NCBI GenBank assembly: GCA_049724395.1
Contig: JAUGWO010000062.1
Span: forward strand, 62,001 to 126,000
DNA from: Spongospora subterranea f. sp. subterranea
Taxonomy: Eukaryota
Direction: 5' to 3'
DNA length: 64,000 nucleotides
Notes under the pieces: generated by a model
The model's input: only the letters and a program-made list of their open reading frames with translations
The model's database searches: none
Told to the model about the DNA's origin: nothing
Position numbers and translations under genes: made by a program
In this document: in pieces, positions 35,657 to 49,400 of the stretch
Layout of the letters: each line of letters starts with the position of its first letter
Position numbering within the stretch: position 1 is the stretch's first letter

Positions 35657-36957
35657 CTATCCTGGATATTCAACGTCGCTTGGATCGGTTACATCGTCCC
35701 AGTCGATGTTCGGAAGCGGATCTGTACTTGGAAACATAGGCTGTAGAACGCTGATCACGCCATACGCATCGCCAGTATAAATGGTCTGACATTGAAAAAA
35801 GTCATTTTTCCAAAAAATCAACGGCTCTTTCAAAATCTACCTGAGTGCGTTTATTGCTAATAACAGAGTGCATTGTGCCGAGGGAACACTTGACAGTTCT
35901 CGGCGACGTCCTCTTGGTCATATCAATCAGTTTGAGATCGGATTTATCGGGAAATAAAATGGATTGTCCACGAGATGATATCTCAAACCTGTTTGAAAAT
36001 CAGTGCGAATGAACAAATGTTCCTATAGGAATTACTGAGTTCTTTTCTTGGAAAGGGGAATTGTGAACTGATGAGATAGCGTTGGACGACCGCCATCGTC
36101 AATTCTCCAACCAGATAATCGTCCATTCGAGGCTGCAAATACCTGAACCACAATAAATACAACTTGCGGTTCTCGGTTTTCTGTCCACATACGTGGCTGC
36201 CGAACGGCGATATTTTCAGAGCAGAGATTGGTCGAACGTGATCACGAACTGGAGGCTGAATTACATGCAGCGGGGCTGTAATGATGACGGTCAGATCAAC
36301 AACATATGATCACGAACGTATTACAGGGCCGGCGGATATCCCAAATCGATATGGTTTGATCGCTATGCCCCGATATGCACACGTGAGGATCCGCTGGCGA
36401 CCATTCAGAACAAATACATTTGTGCTGTCGCCTTGTGTCACTCAATATCTGACTGTGGCCACCGGTTCGAATATCGACCAAACGAATACCGTTCTGGCCC
36501 GATAAACAAACAGACGCAACCTGAACAAAATCAGGCACAGCTTGGCGGAAACAATCATGCATACAGTATGGTTTAAGGGCGATATTGACAAGTGAGAACA
36601 CGATAGTTCCGTTCCAAGGGATATATTATTAGCGGTACGTTGAAAGTTCATATCGATAATTCGTACATAGCCGGACACATCGCTGATAATGGCAACACCA
36701 GGGTCAACTGGATACCATTGCACCCCCGATATCATACACGAATTCTTGAACGGGTTCCGGACCTGAGAGCAGACATGGCCATTGACTTGGCAGACCCGGA
36801 GGGTGGAGCGATCGGCAATTGCCAGCAGGTCGGCATGCGGTGCCAGGAACAGATCCATGACCGAAATAGGGGAGCGCGATGCTTCATGAAAAGCGCAGCA
36901 AGATATAAGTGAGTGAAGCCGCTGATTGACATACTGTTTGAAAAGGGAGGGACTCAT
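35657..36957 (-). CDS. ERCC8: WD40 protein similar to ERCC8/CSA (Rad28); multi-exon
   Basis: ISGVQWYPVDPG, IRLVDIRTGGHSQIL and EWSP...SGHSDQTISIWDIRR match CSA-type repeats. Ends approximate. Confidence 0.7.
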
Positions 36958-37634
36958 GATTCCAACCTCGTGGCATAGTATTGGTATCGGGCTGATCATT
37001 GATAAAGAGATGTTGCCGAATTCAATCTACTTTTAGTGACTCACGGACCCATCGCAAAAAGACAAGGTTTGGAAAGCGATGTCAAGATACGGCGATGATG
37101 AGGCGTTTGACTATTTTAGAAATGAATCATAGCATCTGGATCAATGAACAAGTGCATTTATTTAGAACTATTTCCTGATTTTACGGGACTGGGTTTCTTG
37201 ATTCGAACATCAGCCCCAAACTCAAGGTTGATTCTGAGCGGTGACACGGCGGCGCCCGAGCTCAGTGGCCGGCAAGCTGGCAACTTAAGATAAGCACGGT
37301 AGCGAGCCGGGACTGGGCCATGGCGTCAACGCGTCGTGTTGCCACGTCCGCTGATCCTTAGTGTATGCACTTAGCGCACCGACAGGGAGGGAGGGGGCAC
37401 CGCCGCCTGACTCTGGGCTCACGTAAACCTGACTACACCATACTGCAAAATGACCCCACTCCCCAGTGCCATTACCAATCACCCACAGTTCCCCACTTAA
37501 ACAGCTGAGCCAAATGTAACGCTGCTCTCAACCAAAATACCAACACACTCTATAAGTCACTGTCTCTGTTTCACAATCTAATTCACTCGCTATTGGTCGT
37601 GTTAAAACAACTTTCATTGGTGATTCGCTGAACA

Positions 37635-38318
37635 ATGCACACCGAAGTCGCCCCGTTCCCATCGCACCAGCAGATGAAGTCGGACAAGCCCGTTTTGCAC
37701 ACGTTCAAGTACAATCAGAGCGGGAAGTTCTGTGCGGCGTTGGGTAAGCTGGGTTTCGGGAATGCGCAAATGCGAGTGGCTGATTTTGGGGAGGAATGTA
37801 GCGCCTGTGAAGCAGGGCACCGTCGTGTTCGAAGAAGTTGGTGAAATGAAGTCAAAGCCTGACAAGTACACACTTCAGCTCGACGACGATCAGCATATGG
37901 TCAAATAGCGTGTGTTTTTTTCAACACAAATTGACACCTAATCGGATTGTCTATAGTTATGCTCGGGCCCTCTGATCTTTTGTAACCACAGTTGCAAACC
38001 CAACTGTAAAGCGGTCGTGGCATATGGATTGGTCAGCATGGTCGCGATCAGGCCTATCGAAACCGATGAACCCATTACTGTATTTTCCAACTCCTTGCAT
38101 TATTCTATAGTTGACTGACGTATGCGAATTGTTAGTTTGACTACAACACCACCGAGTACGATATGGCATCGCCGTTCGACTGCATTTGCGGCGCCGAGAA
38201 CTGCGCTCATCGCATTGCCGGTTTCAAAAACCTATCGCCGCAGCACAAAGAAAGTATAGACCGAAAGCTGATGTCTCCCTTCATTTTGGAAAAGGCCAAG
38301 TCGTCCTCATCGAAGTAA
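37635..38318 (+). CDS. Small SET plus post-SET domain protein, 170 aa; exons 37635-37743, 37802-37899, 37957-38079, 38136-38318
   Basis: Three GT-AG introns give an open frame containing NHSCKPNC, EPIT|FDY and post-SET FDCICGAENC. Confidence 0.88.
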
Positions 38319-38512
38319 TCATCCTCGCTCTGTCCATATTCGAACCCAAAGCATACCGACATTTGACTAAACTGCCTTATATGTCACTTTACCACAATAT
38401 TTACCAACAGCAGCTGTTCTAATCGCAGATAGTCACATTGCCTTCCAAGTCACCTTAGAACTGATAATTTCAGGAGGAGGTGTTTGTTGGCCCTGTTGAT
38501 CCCCTGATAGTT

Positions 38513-40173
38513 ATGTTGTCAGCGACTGCATCAGGATCACAATACGGATCGCGTCTGTTCAAAATGACGGCCGGTCTGTGCAACCTGTACAAGACCATCA
38601 ATAACGGGATCACGTTGGGGAACACGCACGATTACCCCATCCAGATCGGGGAATACATCCACGACCGATACCAGATCGAGGCCGTGATCGGCAAAGGATC
38701 GTTTGGCCAAGTGGTTCAGGCTGTTGATCTGTACACGCAACAACGGGTGGCGATCAAGGTCATCAAGAACCTCAAAGTGTTCTACGATCTCGCCCAGAAC
38801 GAGATCCGGATCCTGAACTTCATGAAGGTTCGCGATCCCCTTCAACGCAATCACATTGTCGCCATCCAGGAGTGGTTCGTGCACGAGAACCACCAGTGCA
38901 TCGTGTTCGAGCTGCTGTCGTCGAACCTGTATGAGGTGCTTCGCCAGGACAATTATCGCGGCCTGGCCCTGAGCACGGTTCGCCATATCGCCCAACAGAT
39001 GCTGGAGGCGCTGGCCTTCTTGCAGAGCGCCAACATCATGAACTGCGATATCAAACCGGTATTGCCAAAACACATTCATATTCGGGGTGCACCAGAAAAC
39101 CTGATAGAGATTATGTCCAGGAGAAGTCAGATGTGATCCGCCCGTAATCGCCTCTGGTTTTGATTTCTGAAACGCGTTTTGCCAATTGTAGTATCATGCT
39201 GTGCTCCGATCGGTTCGACGTGAAGGTGATCGATTTCGGCAGCAGTTGCTTCATCGATGAGCAGGCCTATACGTATATCCAGAGCCGGTTTTACAGATCG
39301 CCAGAGGTGATGTTGGGCCTACCTTTGGGCACACCGATAGAGTAAGCTCAATGACCCCCTTTTTCCGACCAACAAACACACAGCACCTGTAGTTCAACGG
39401 TGATCATCCCCATTTTCGCAAATGAACGTTTCGTGAAATATGTCGTCGCACTGATATCGCCTTCTTATACAGTATGTGGTCTCTGGGGTGCATTCTCGTT
39501 GAACTAACAACCGTAAGAGTTGGCTGCAGCGGTAGAAATCTCATTGTCCATGACGATTTTCAAGGGCCATTCTTTGTTTAATGGCGCCAGTGAAGCGGAG
39601 CAGGTAGCCAAACAAGTCGCCATTCTCGGCATGCCGCCCCCAAATGTCATGGAGCGCGCCACCAAACTCAACGAGTATTTTTTCGTGAACCGCCACAGCC
39701 AATACGCGTTGCGAACTCCATATCCGGGTGGAGATCAGGTCGGCTAACCAGGATGTTTCGGGGCGCTGATAATTTGACCCGCGTTGGTGGGTAGACGAGG
39801 AGCCTGGCGAGTATTATCGGTGTCAGTAGGTGTAGCGCCCGTCAACGCAATCAACGAGGTGAGCGTCCAACGTGGCTATGCCGCCCTCACCATGTTCACT
39901 GTGTTTGACAAATGCTCGAATCGCTGGCGCTTTACGAGGGATCTATTCAGAAGTGACATTGTGCAGTTGTTTGATTCAGTCATCTTGATGGTTTCATTGG
40001 TGTTGTTTTTCGACGTTGTTTTTTCTAGAGCAATTTCTGGCTGAACCGCAGTTGGTTCACGTTTAGTGGCGTTTGTTGATTTGCTGCATCGAATGCTCGA
40101 CTACGATGCCAGAACAAGGATCAGGCCAGCAGAGGCGTTGGCGCATCCGTTCATCACCGCATTCGGGCAATAA
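38513..40173 (+). CDS. DYRK1-like dual-specificity protein kinase; multi-exon
   Basis: [59 protein letters not shown], terminal ALAHPF; TAA at 40171-40173. Confidence 0.92.
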
Positions 40174-40434
40174 CCCTTAATGAATACCCCATAATTATTT
40201 GATTTATCGGTGAGGTGTCCATCACCACAGTACGCGTGTTTATCGATGCAGTTCAGTACAACCATTCTCTGATAATTTGTTGACAACACGAACAAGAAGT
40301 GCCCTGCCATGAATTTTACAGTGTGTCTTGTTAGACCTTCGTCAGCTCTGTGGACAACGGCAACCCATGACGAAAACGGTAAAACAGATTGCTTCGCGGG
40401 GAAAATTGAAAATAAATAAGTCTCATTTATAGTA

Positions 40435-43400
40435 TTATTCATTTACAGGATAAGATGGTTTTGATCCATCGGATTTTTCATCACTAGTTGATGTGGAGAG
40501 ATCTGTCCGAACAGCAGCTTGTTTCTGGAGCGGAAGTGACTTTTTTCTCAGTTTCCTGAACTTTTTGAGTTCATCCCTGCGTTCTTTGGCGAAGTCTGCC
40601 ACGTCCTCATCATCATCATCTGTGGACGATATCGGTTTCTTTCTGTTGAAGGAAAGACGCTGGGCGATGTCCAGCGACGGAGGGGCTTCCAGCGGGATTT
40701 CGTCATCAGAGGAATCGGACGATATATCGTCGCGAATCGTGGCGGTACGTTCCAGCTTCGGCATTGCTGGCGTTCTCGGGATGCTCGTCCGTATTGCTGG
40801 AAGCCTGTTTGCTGCAACTGCCGGAGGCAGATAGGGAAGCGGAAAAGTCTCGACAGGGATCGCATCTGGCAATTGCGGTGCCGCCGCTGACAGGGCGGTC
40901 AGAACAGTTTCTGGTTCAACCGCCTGATCGCTAGGCATTTGCTTTGCAGCTTCTGAGAGCTCAATTCTCCCTGAATCGTCTTTCGTGGGGGTTTCATCAG
41001 GTGCTGAAGCTGCCGCCGTGGTTGGCGAACCCTGAAATGTCACCCCAAATTAACGTTCGTTGAATGTGCGATCTCAATTGCTTTTTTACCGAAATTTGTT
41101 CGTTCATCACAGACTGGATATTGGCTAGTTTTTGTTGTGGGGCAGGCATATGCGCGACATCTGGACGGGCGATACCGCGAGTAATGCAGCTCCGACAACG
41201 AGTTTGAAATTTCTGCATCGCATGTGGGTTAGCAACACTTGAGCATCAAACGTTTACCGGCCCGAACCTGATTTTGCTGGAAGTACATGCGCCATTTCTC
41301 GTTGGTATTGGTGCCCGACAAGAACTCAGGGTTCGCGCTCAACCGATCGAACGCGTCGACGATCTCGATAAAGGGGATCATAAATTCAACCGTAAAGATT
41401 CTGAGTGGAAGAGCATTGTTCACACGACCCTGGCGAGAACGGGAGGGACGGTTCAATGCCGGGTGATAGAACTGAACAGAGCCGAACTTCCAGATACCTT
41501 TGCGCTGAGAATACGTCGTTGCCGCAACCAGCAAACGGAGCTTGATATGGCGACGCGCTTTCTGAAGCCACCAAGCACTGATCTGATTCGCCGCTTCTGA
41601 TCTGTCACCGAGATACACCTGACAGGAACAACACATTTAGAAACGGGGACATCTAACCCCTTTAGATCCAGCTAGCCTCTTCTTTCTTCTCCACTTCAGA
41701 TTTCGCTCCTTCGCTATCTGACGACACATCGTTGACGTTGTCGAAATGCCCTTCGGCTTGCTGGCGAATGAGCGATTCGTACTGATCAATAAGGTATGGA
41801 CGATTTCGTTCAATCGCTCTGTGAAACCCGACAAGTGTGAGCGAAGCCGGTTTTTCGGCCATCAAAGCAGAATGATCTCCCACCTTGGCGTGAGAACCGT
41901 TGATAAATGATGCAGCAACCAAAGCTTGTTGTGTTTCAGGAACTTCAATCGAACAGCGTCGCTCGTGATATTCTCACGGATTTCAAACTTCTCCTCGTAC
42001 TCGCTCAGCTCCGAGACGGCGTCCTCTTCATCATCCTCCTTCTTCGGCAAATACCACAGCTACAAACAAAAAAAAAACGCTTAAACCATCTGAGCCGACG
42101 TTCGGAAAACGCTTTATTACCTGAGCCCAGTCGGCGAGCATTTGAAACAGTTCCCTGAAGATCATGCACGAGAACGCTGTAAATCCAACCACAACGGGGA
42201 CGGCTATGTCTGAGAAAAGCGAATAGCTCTGTCGCAGCATGATTGTCACACCTGATCAATGGCCCAATTAGCGAACCCCGACCCAATATTGACAACCGAT
42301 CCATGCTCAGACCGAATATGAACGCGATGATCCCGAACGCGTGGAATCCGGAGATGAAGTAGAACTGCGACGAGAAACACAGCAGATCGAGCTTTTGAAG
42401 ATCGGGCATCAGTGTCGTATCTAGTTCCAGATCATCCGGTTTCCAGCGCTGTTTCCGTATTCGAAATCGATATCTTCACAGAGAAACATTGATGAAAACT
42501 GCAGATCCACGTGGTGCACCCCCGAATTACCTGGCGAACTCTGCGTAATCATAGACTGGCCAAGTGTGGAACAGCTCCTGAAGGTTCAGCAAGACGACAT
42601 CAATCCCTAGAGAGAATCGTGAGCGGGAACCCCTTTGGGAAATGTTTCCACGACGACGGTAACGAACCGAATTGCCATCCGATGATGACCACCGAGAACA
42701 GGAGGTAGACCAGCAGATCGCTCGACCTGATCGAGTAGTTGGCCGGGATCTGGGTCTCTTTGTTGAACAGAACGACGAGGAACAGGGTGATCGGGGATAG
42801 GACCAGCCCGATGGTATCATTAGCGTAGACCAGGAACGCATCCATCATGGGCTCGATGGTTTGCGAATCGAGCTCCTCTTGAAGGAGATGTGCCTAATTC
42901 GAAACGTTCACGATCGGCGCTCTATTCGGTGGTGTCAAGCCCGAGCTACCTTCTTCTCAATGATTGAGGCGGCCGCCTCCTTGCCCTCCGTCCGCAAGGT
43001 TCGCGCCTGCCAGCGCGCCCTCAAAATCGGTAGTTTTTCAGAAAAAGTATTTCATGAACGGATTCAAATATACGCGCTCTCCAGCCTGAAATGCCTTCGG
43101 TTAGCGTCGCTACTTTTACAGAGCTTGGAACCGACCAGAAACGCAAGATCGACCGCATATGACAGAACAAAACTGAAAAGATCGGCGGCGCCAACCGTGA
43201 CGACGAATTGAGTTATCATTATGCTGACCTAAAACATAAGGTTAGCGATGAAACCAATCGTCTGGCAATAGATATTGGCAAACCATCAACGGTGACACCA
43301 TTGTGGCGTCTTCAATCACCCCATTCAACAACGACTCGACGAGCATCGTCACAACTGTATGTTTTGTTAACGATGAGCGAACAGGAGAACTGCACCATGA

Positions 43401-46400
43401 TGGCGCGAGCAACACACCTTTCAGCACCATGATGAAGGCGAAGGTGTTGTTCGAGAACACCGAGGTGTATGAGAACTCCAAAATATACAGAAGGAAACAG
43501 CCAGTCAAGAGCGAACACAGAACGAGCTGGATTCGACGCCAGGTCACCGGACTCCAGAGTTCGGACGGTCTGGGATGGCGATCCGACAGTTTCGAGACCA
43601 TGAGCCGCGACCCTTTGACGACAAGTTCAATTGTGGTTTTGTGATTGATCGCCGGCAATGGCAATATTCACACCTTGAATCAGAATACAGAACGCGAACG
43701 TGATTAGACTGACTCCAAGGCGACCGATTTTGTAGTTCAGAGCCGTTGCGTCGCTTAAATCGGTCAGATCTTGGTAATTGCCGACGATCACGCCAAAGGG
43801 GTATATCAGGGAGAACAAGCAGTATCTGTGGGCAGCATCAGGAACCGGCTAAACCGAGAGAGCGGACCGGTATTACATGAATCCAGATATCGTGACGATC
43901 GGAACAAGAATGCAGAAACCCCCGAGAAACGGGGACGGGATTACGATCTCGAAATACGGAAAGAACCTGAAAGGCGGCGGGGATCGAACTGTGGACAGTG
44001 ATCGAACGATGAGGAACAGAACGCAGACCGATAGGAACGCCATCAATCCCACGAAACAGAACAGAACCGTGTACAGCTCCAACCCGAACGAGAACGAGTT
44101 CATCAACTCGGACCAATCTGTCGCAACGGTCATTGAGGCGCATCTTGTGAATGGGGTGCGTTGGGCGTTTTACTGAGTGGAGTCCACGTAATGTGTAGCT
44201 CGTAGGGTTGGCGCCAGTTCACACTCTTGTTGTTGCTCATGACTTGCTCCACTACGGAAGATGGAACCTAACGGGGGTCCGATAAGCCAGGGCGATGACA
44301 AACACGAGGAACAAAAAACAATACCTCAATCCAATCTTGGAAGGTGATCGACGCCGATACCAGGCGACGCAGAACCGAAGTCTGCTGGAAGTATTGCAGA
44401 TCGATGGAGACGTGGCCCGGGATATATAGCAGATCAGAAACGGGACGATCAGATTGGACAATCACTGGAACCAATGAATCCGATCCGATCAGTTTCTGGT
44501 AATACGCGTAGCCCTGGAAGTAGTTCTCATTTGGCTGAGGATCTGCACGAATGTTGTCAGTACGATGACGTCGTTTTCACGAGTGTTGGTTGTTGCTTTG
44601 AAACCCGACCTCGTGTCAAGTAAAACAGGGTGCTCCCCGAATCAACCTCAAACCAGCGAACTCGAGGACGAATGATGCGCAACTCCTCTTCGATCTTATC
44701 GCAGGTCGTCACAAAATCGCAGGAATCGCTGACGCCGGTGATGCCCACGTCGAAGCTGCCAACCGGGACGATGGTCGCTGGCTGGTCGCAGGAGTTCGGG
44801 TCGGATGTGGCGAATTCCACGGGAATGTGCGATGAGAACCTGGTTGGCCACGTCGTAGTCAACAGACGAATGTTGATCCGAAGCGAATCGGCAACAAACG
44901 CATACCGTTTACACAGCGAAATAAAGGGAAAATAGTGCAACGGAATGAGTACACGATCGGAGCTGCCCTGAAACCCGGTCTCCCAGTACGCCGCATTCTC
45001 GGTGATCGTCGAAATGGCGTCCCGTTGCTGGTCAACGTTAGGGTACGTCTGATTCAGGCCGACGTCGATGTAGACCTCCGTGTTGTTCGTATTCGGAAGA
45101 TTGAGCGGCAATTCAAGTTGGAGTGAGTCAAATGTCGTCTGAACCAGCTCTCGTCAGCGACATTCCAGATACCGACGTCAGATTACCTTTTCGATCATTG
45201 CATAGAACGCATAATCAAACGACTTGAAGGCGACCCCCATATTCGACCTGGTGGGTCGGAAATTCGTCACCGTTGTCGTGTTCAGAAACATGGACATATC
45301 GTCAATGAAAAACCCGTTGAATAACTGTCATATTGTCAAATTCTGTTATGGGAAATTTGAAGAAGGGTACCTCAATTCTAACAGTGACATCGATTGGTCG
45401 CACAGCATATAGCCAAACATCAAAAGCAATTTGTTTCAACCGATCTGTATCGTTCCAGAACCAGCTCGGAAGCGTCACTGCTTCCGGGCGGCCATTGATT
45501 CGAATAGAGAGGGTAAAATGATCGTTGAAGTATATCCTAGAACATCGCGTGAGTGATTGAGAGCACAAACTACAGTACAGAATGAAATGACGGTGATTAC
45601 TGAGGCTTGTGAGTCCAGTCCATTCGTAATTGGGCCATTTCCAATGGCTCCACATGGATTATGTCCTCTCCCACCACCGGATTGACCGACGAGATAATCT
45701 GGCAAAACCGTAGTTCCTTGCAGTCTTTGTAGCATTGGTATATGGAGATGGCGCCGGCGTCCGAGGTTGTCCCAACTACAGCGGTCAAATTTCGATTTTA
45801 CACACGTTCTGGGCGCATTCACACAAGTTTCCTTACGCGGGCATCTGAACTGGGAACCAAGCAACGATGGCGGCATGATGACCCCGGGTGGACAGTAGTA
45901 TCCCTTCTCACAAGGGAACTGCTTGTAGCTTTCGTCCGACGTCATGTTGAAACAAAAGTACCCAGCGGGACAGATGTGGTCGAATTGTGAGGCAGGGGTT
46001 GTACCTGGCAAAGATTTTGTGTGTGTCAGCGAAAACTTGATAATGTTGGGGAGATGGGTGATGATACCGGCAGGACAGAAATACCCGCCCGGGCAAGGAA
46101 ACTCTTGGGACATGGCTTGTGTTGTCCCATTTGGGCAAACTTGGCCAGGGGGACAAAGCAGGTTCAGGTCCGTTTGCGGTTTCGTTTTACGCCCTGATGC
46201 GTTCGAGATTTAGAATGTAATTTTCTGAAGGGGCTTGGTCGACATCACCTTCAGTTCCACAAACCCAGCCAGCATCGCAGATGTAGCAATCGTCTACGCT
46301 GGTTCGTCCCGAACGATCTCCATAACGTCCTTCAGGGCATGACATGCAGAACCTATTAAAGATGACGGTAAATGAATGTCGATTTAATGGATACCTTGGT

Positions 46401-49400
46401 CCATCCCACCTCTGTTTTAATGAATCGCCCCTGTACGTTCCCTGACAAGAAAAATCAAAATTCTGGGACTTTATGGCGTCGGTAGCCTTACAGGTGGGCA
46501 AATTGCTGGAATTACAGTTGCCTCTTTTTCACAAGAGTAACCGGCTGGGCAGGTCCAGCACCCAAACGCATCATCGACATCGGAGAAGAACCCAGGAGGG
46601 CAGACAACGGGTTCGATAACGCCGTCAATACGGGAATATTGCCCAACTTTCAACAAAAAACAAAACATGAGTGCGTCCCAGGTCATCGAGCCAGAAAACA
46701 TGTTTACATCCAGCGACGATAGGAACGATGGTCCCCTCTGGACAGTAATATCCTCGAGGACATATGGCCGTTCCTGTTGGAGAACAGCTCCCTTGTTGAC
46801 AGTAGTACCCTGATATCGCTGAGTTAGATTGTTGTGTTTGATGGCGACCGATGGGGGAACAGTCTAGACCTTCTGGGCAAATTTGAGGGGTGCTGTAGTT
46901 CCATAATTGGTGAACCGGTGTTGCAGTTCCTTCTACACAGAAGTATCCTGCAGGGCAGGGCACGGGTTGCTGCAGCAATGAAGGCCCAGGAAGGGCGACC
47001 GTTCCTATATTTATGATGAGGTGTCAATTACGCCCCCAAGTATTGCGCGAGGAAGGGAAGAGACCAGAGGGACAATAATAACAAGGAGGACAGCGTCGAG
47101 GAGGAGCAGCGAGCCTCAAACTATCGCACACATATCCTGCCGGGCACTCCAAAGGTTGGCTTGCGGAAAGGGGGCATATCTGCCATGGATGAGCATTGGA
47201 AACATCGGCAATGACCTCGAAGCTCACCTTTCCGAACGGACAATATCGGCACATCGATTGGCCAGACATGTTGTTGTAGGTTCCACGTAAACAGGGAATC
47301 GGGTACACATTGCCGACACCTTTGTTGGGTAAATATTCAGGAGATGACAGTGATTCCAAAAAACAACAGGACAATACCGGGACAGAATGTGCCAGGTGGA
47401 CACGGAATGGGAATTGCATCTGGGCAGTACGATCCGGTAGGACAGGCACCATCACCTACGTCAACCCCAGGTCGGTTCATAGATTTTAGAACGACCAGGT
47501 GGGAAAATAACCTTCTTTTGTTCGTGATCCAAGTGGGCACCAAAACCCAGGTCGGCAAACCAACGGCACGTTCGAAATCGACCCCGATCTTTTAAGATAC
47601 GAGTTTCCGTCTACAGATAACCCACCTCCATATGTGATGTTGGGGGTTGCCTTCAAAACCATAAGCTTGGACATTTTGATAACCCGGGAAAGGCGATTAC
47701 CACTGCGATGCCCTCGGTACAATAAAATCCAGGGAGACAAGGAATCGGATAAGTTGTCACACGATGGGCGTGCGTGTCGGTGATCTCCCACAGATCCAAC
47801 GAGGAATTAATGAGGTTTCGGCCAACTGCATAGGCGACGTGAATCTTGCCTTCGTCAGAAACTGTACTGAAGTGAGTAACAAAAGTGGCAGCGAACAATC
47901 TCTCAGACCAGGATGATCTGATAGAATGCGCTCATCCAGATATTCAAGCCCGTAAGACCAAGCATCAGACGCGGCGTCAATGATCACCGACACCGTTGAC
48001 CCGTCAGATATCCAAATCAGGGAACCTGAGGCTACTGAACCGTTGGGAAATACCCCTAGACTCAGAATTAGCGATTGCCAGATACGATGCCGACCAATGG
48101 TGTATACCTTGAGACAAGAATACCATATATCGTCCATATAATGAGGTTATAAACTTGGCCGATTGACCCAGTGTCCCGACTGGGGTGTCTATAACGCCAT
48201 TTGTTGCATGTAGAGTCGACGAGACTTGAAAGTACAGAGTTCCTCGGAATATACATAAATAAACCGGCTGAGACATGAATGAATGCACTACGCTGGCGCT
48301 AGATAAACCGTCAGTCCTCATGAGCTGCAAACCCCTGAATTGCAAATTTAGGAGAGAAAATGACGAAGGGCAAAAAGCCCTACGAAGAGAAGTAGGAAAA
48401 TCCTTTGTAGTTGGTCCAGTAAACGGTGGAGGGCAATGGCAACGGGAGAGAGTACAGAAATACGAGAAACGACGGGCGACTGGAGATTGACCACAATCCG
48501 AACGATGCCCCATCGAATGCGGTGAAGATCACCCTGTCCGGTGCGATCCCCCCCGTCCAAAGGGAGATTTGGCTTCCGCCGGTCGGGTTGATATCGGACA
48601 ATTGGGTTTGAACCGTGTCGTTGTAGGAATACAATTCAGTGCCGTTCTGATCATCCCAGTCCAGTTTGACATTGACACCTAGAAAGAAGACAGTGAAACT
48701 CTCGTCTTGATTGAAGTTAGGGTTCAAATACCGTTGATGGTGGCAGATAAATTCGAGTAGAACTCGACTCCATTTTCAAAATACACGCGTTGCTGACGAA
48801 ACCCTTGCGACATGCTCGCACCGAACCGTGCCGACGATAACGCGTCATCGCGTCGTAAAATCTGCATTCAAATGTATGAGAATTCGAATACTTACAAGCA
48901 AATAACAATTCCAACCCTGATGTTGGTACTCGTCCCGGGAGGACACCAATATCCGGAAGGACAAAGTTCGATAGGACGGTCGAGATTTTGATTTGAACAA
49001 ACAAAACCTACAAAAGTGAACAGCAGGAACCGAAGAGAGCATAGACTGTACCTGCTGTGCATATCGTAGGGATGGAATTACCGAATCCGGGACAAAACGT
49101 TCCCGCGAGGGCATGGGCTGCAGTGGACCGCTCCTTTCGCCGATGAGAATGTACCAGGAGGGCATTCGTTCGGTGAAAGCTGGCCAAGAGAAGAACAATA
49201 CGATCCAATGGGGCAAGGGATCTGAACACCTGGCCAGTTGCCGGTATAATTGCCACGGTTTGAAAGCTATATACACAATGTTAATCTCATTTTCAGTATC
49301 AAATATTGATCAGCACATATCCATAACCTGAATCGAGAAGGTCTGGGAGCTCGTAGCCCATTGAAATCCTCCATCGTTTGACACCGACACGTTGTAATCG

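Noticed and set aside
38537..39079. 180-aa antisense ORF, and similar shadow ORFs over PP2A, the LRR gene and the giant gene
   Set aside because: These are opposite-strand by-products of codon bias in real genes and show no motifs.
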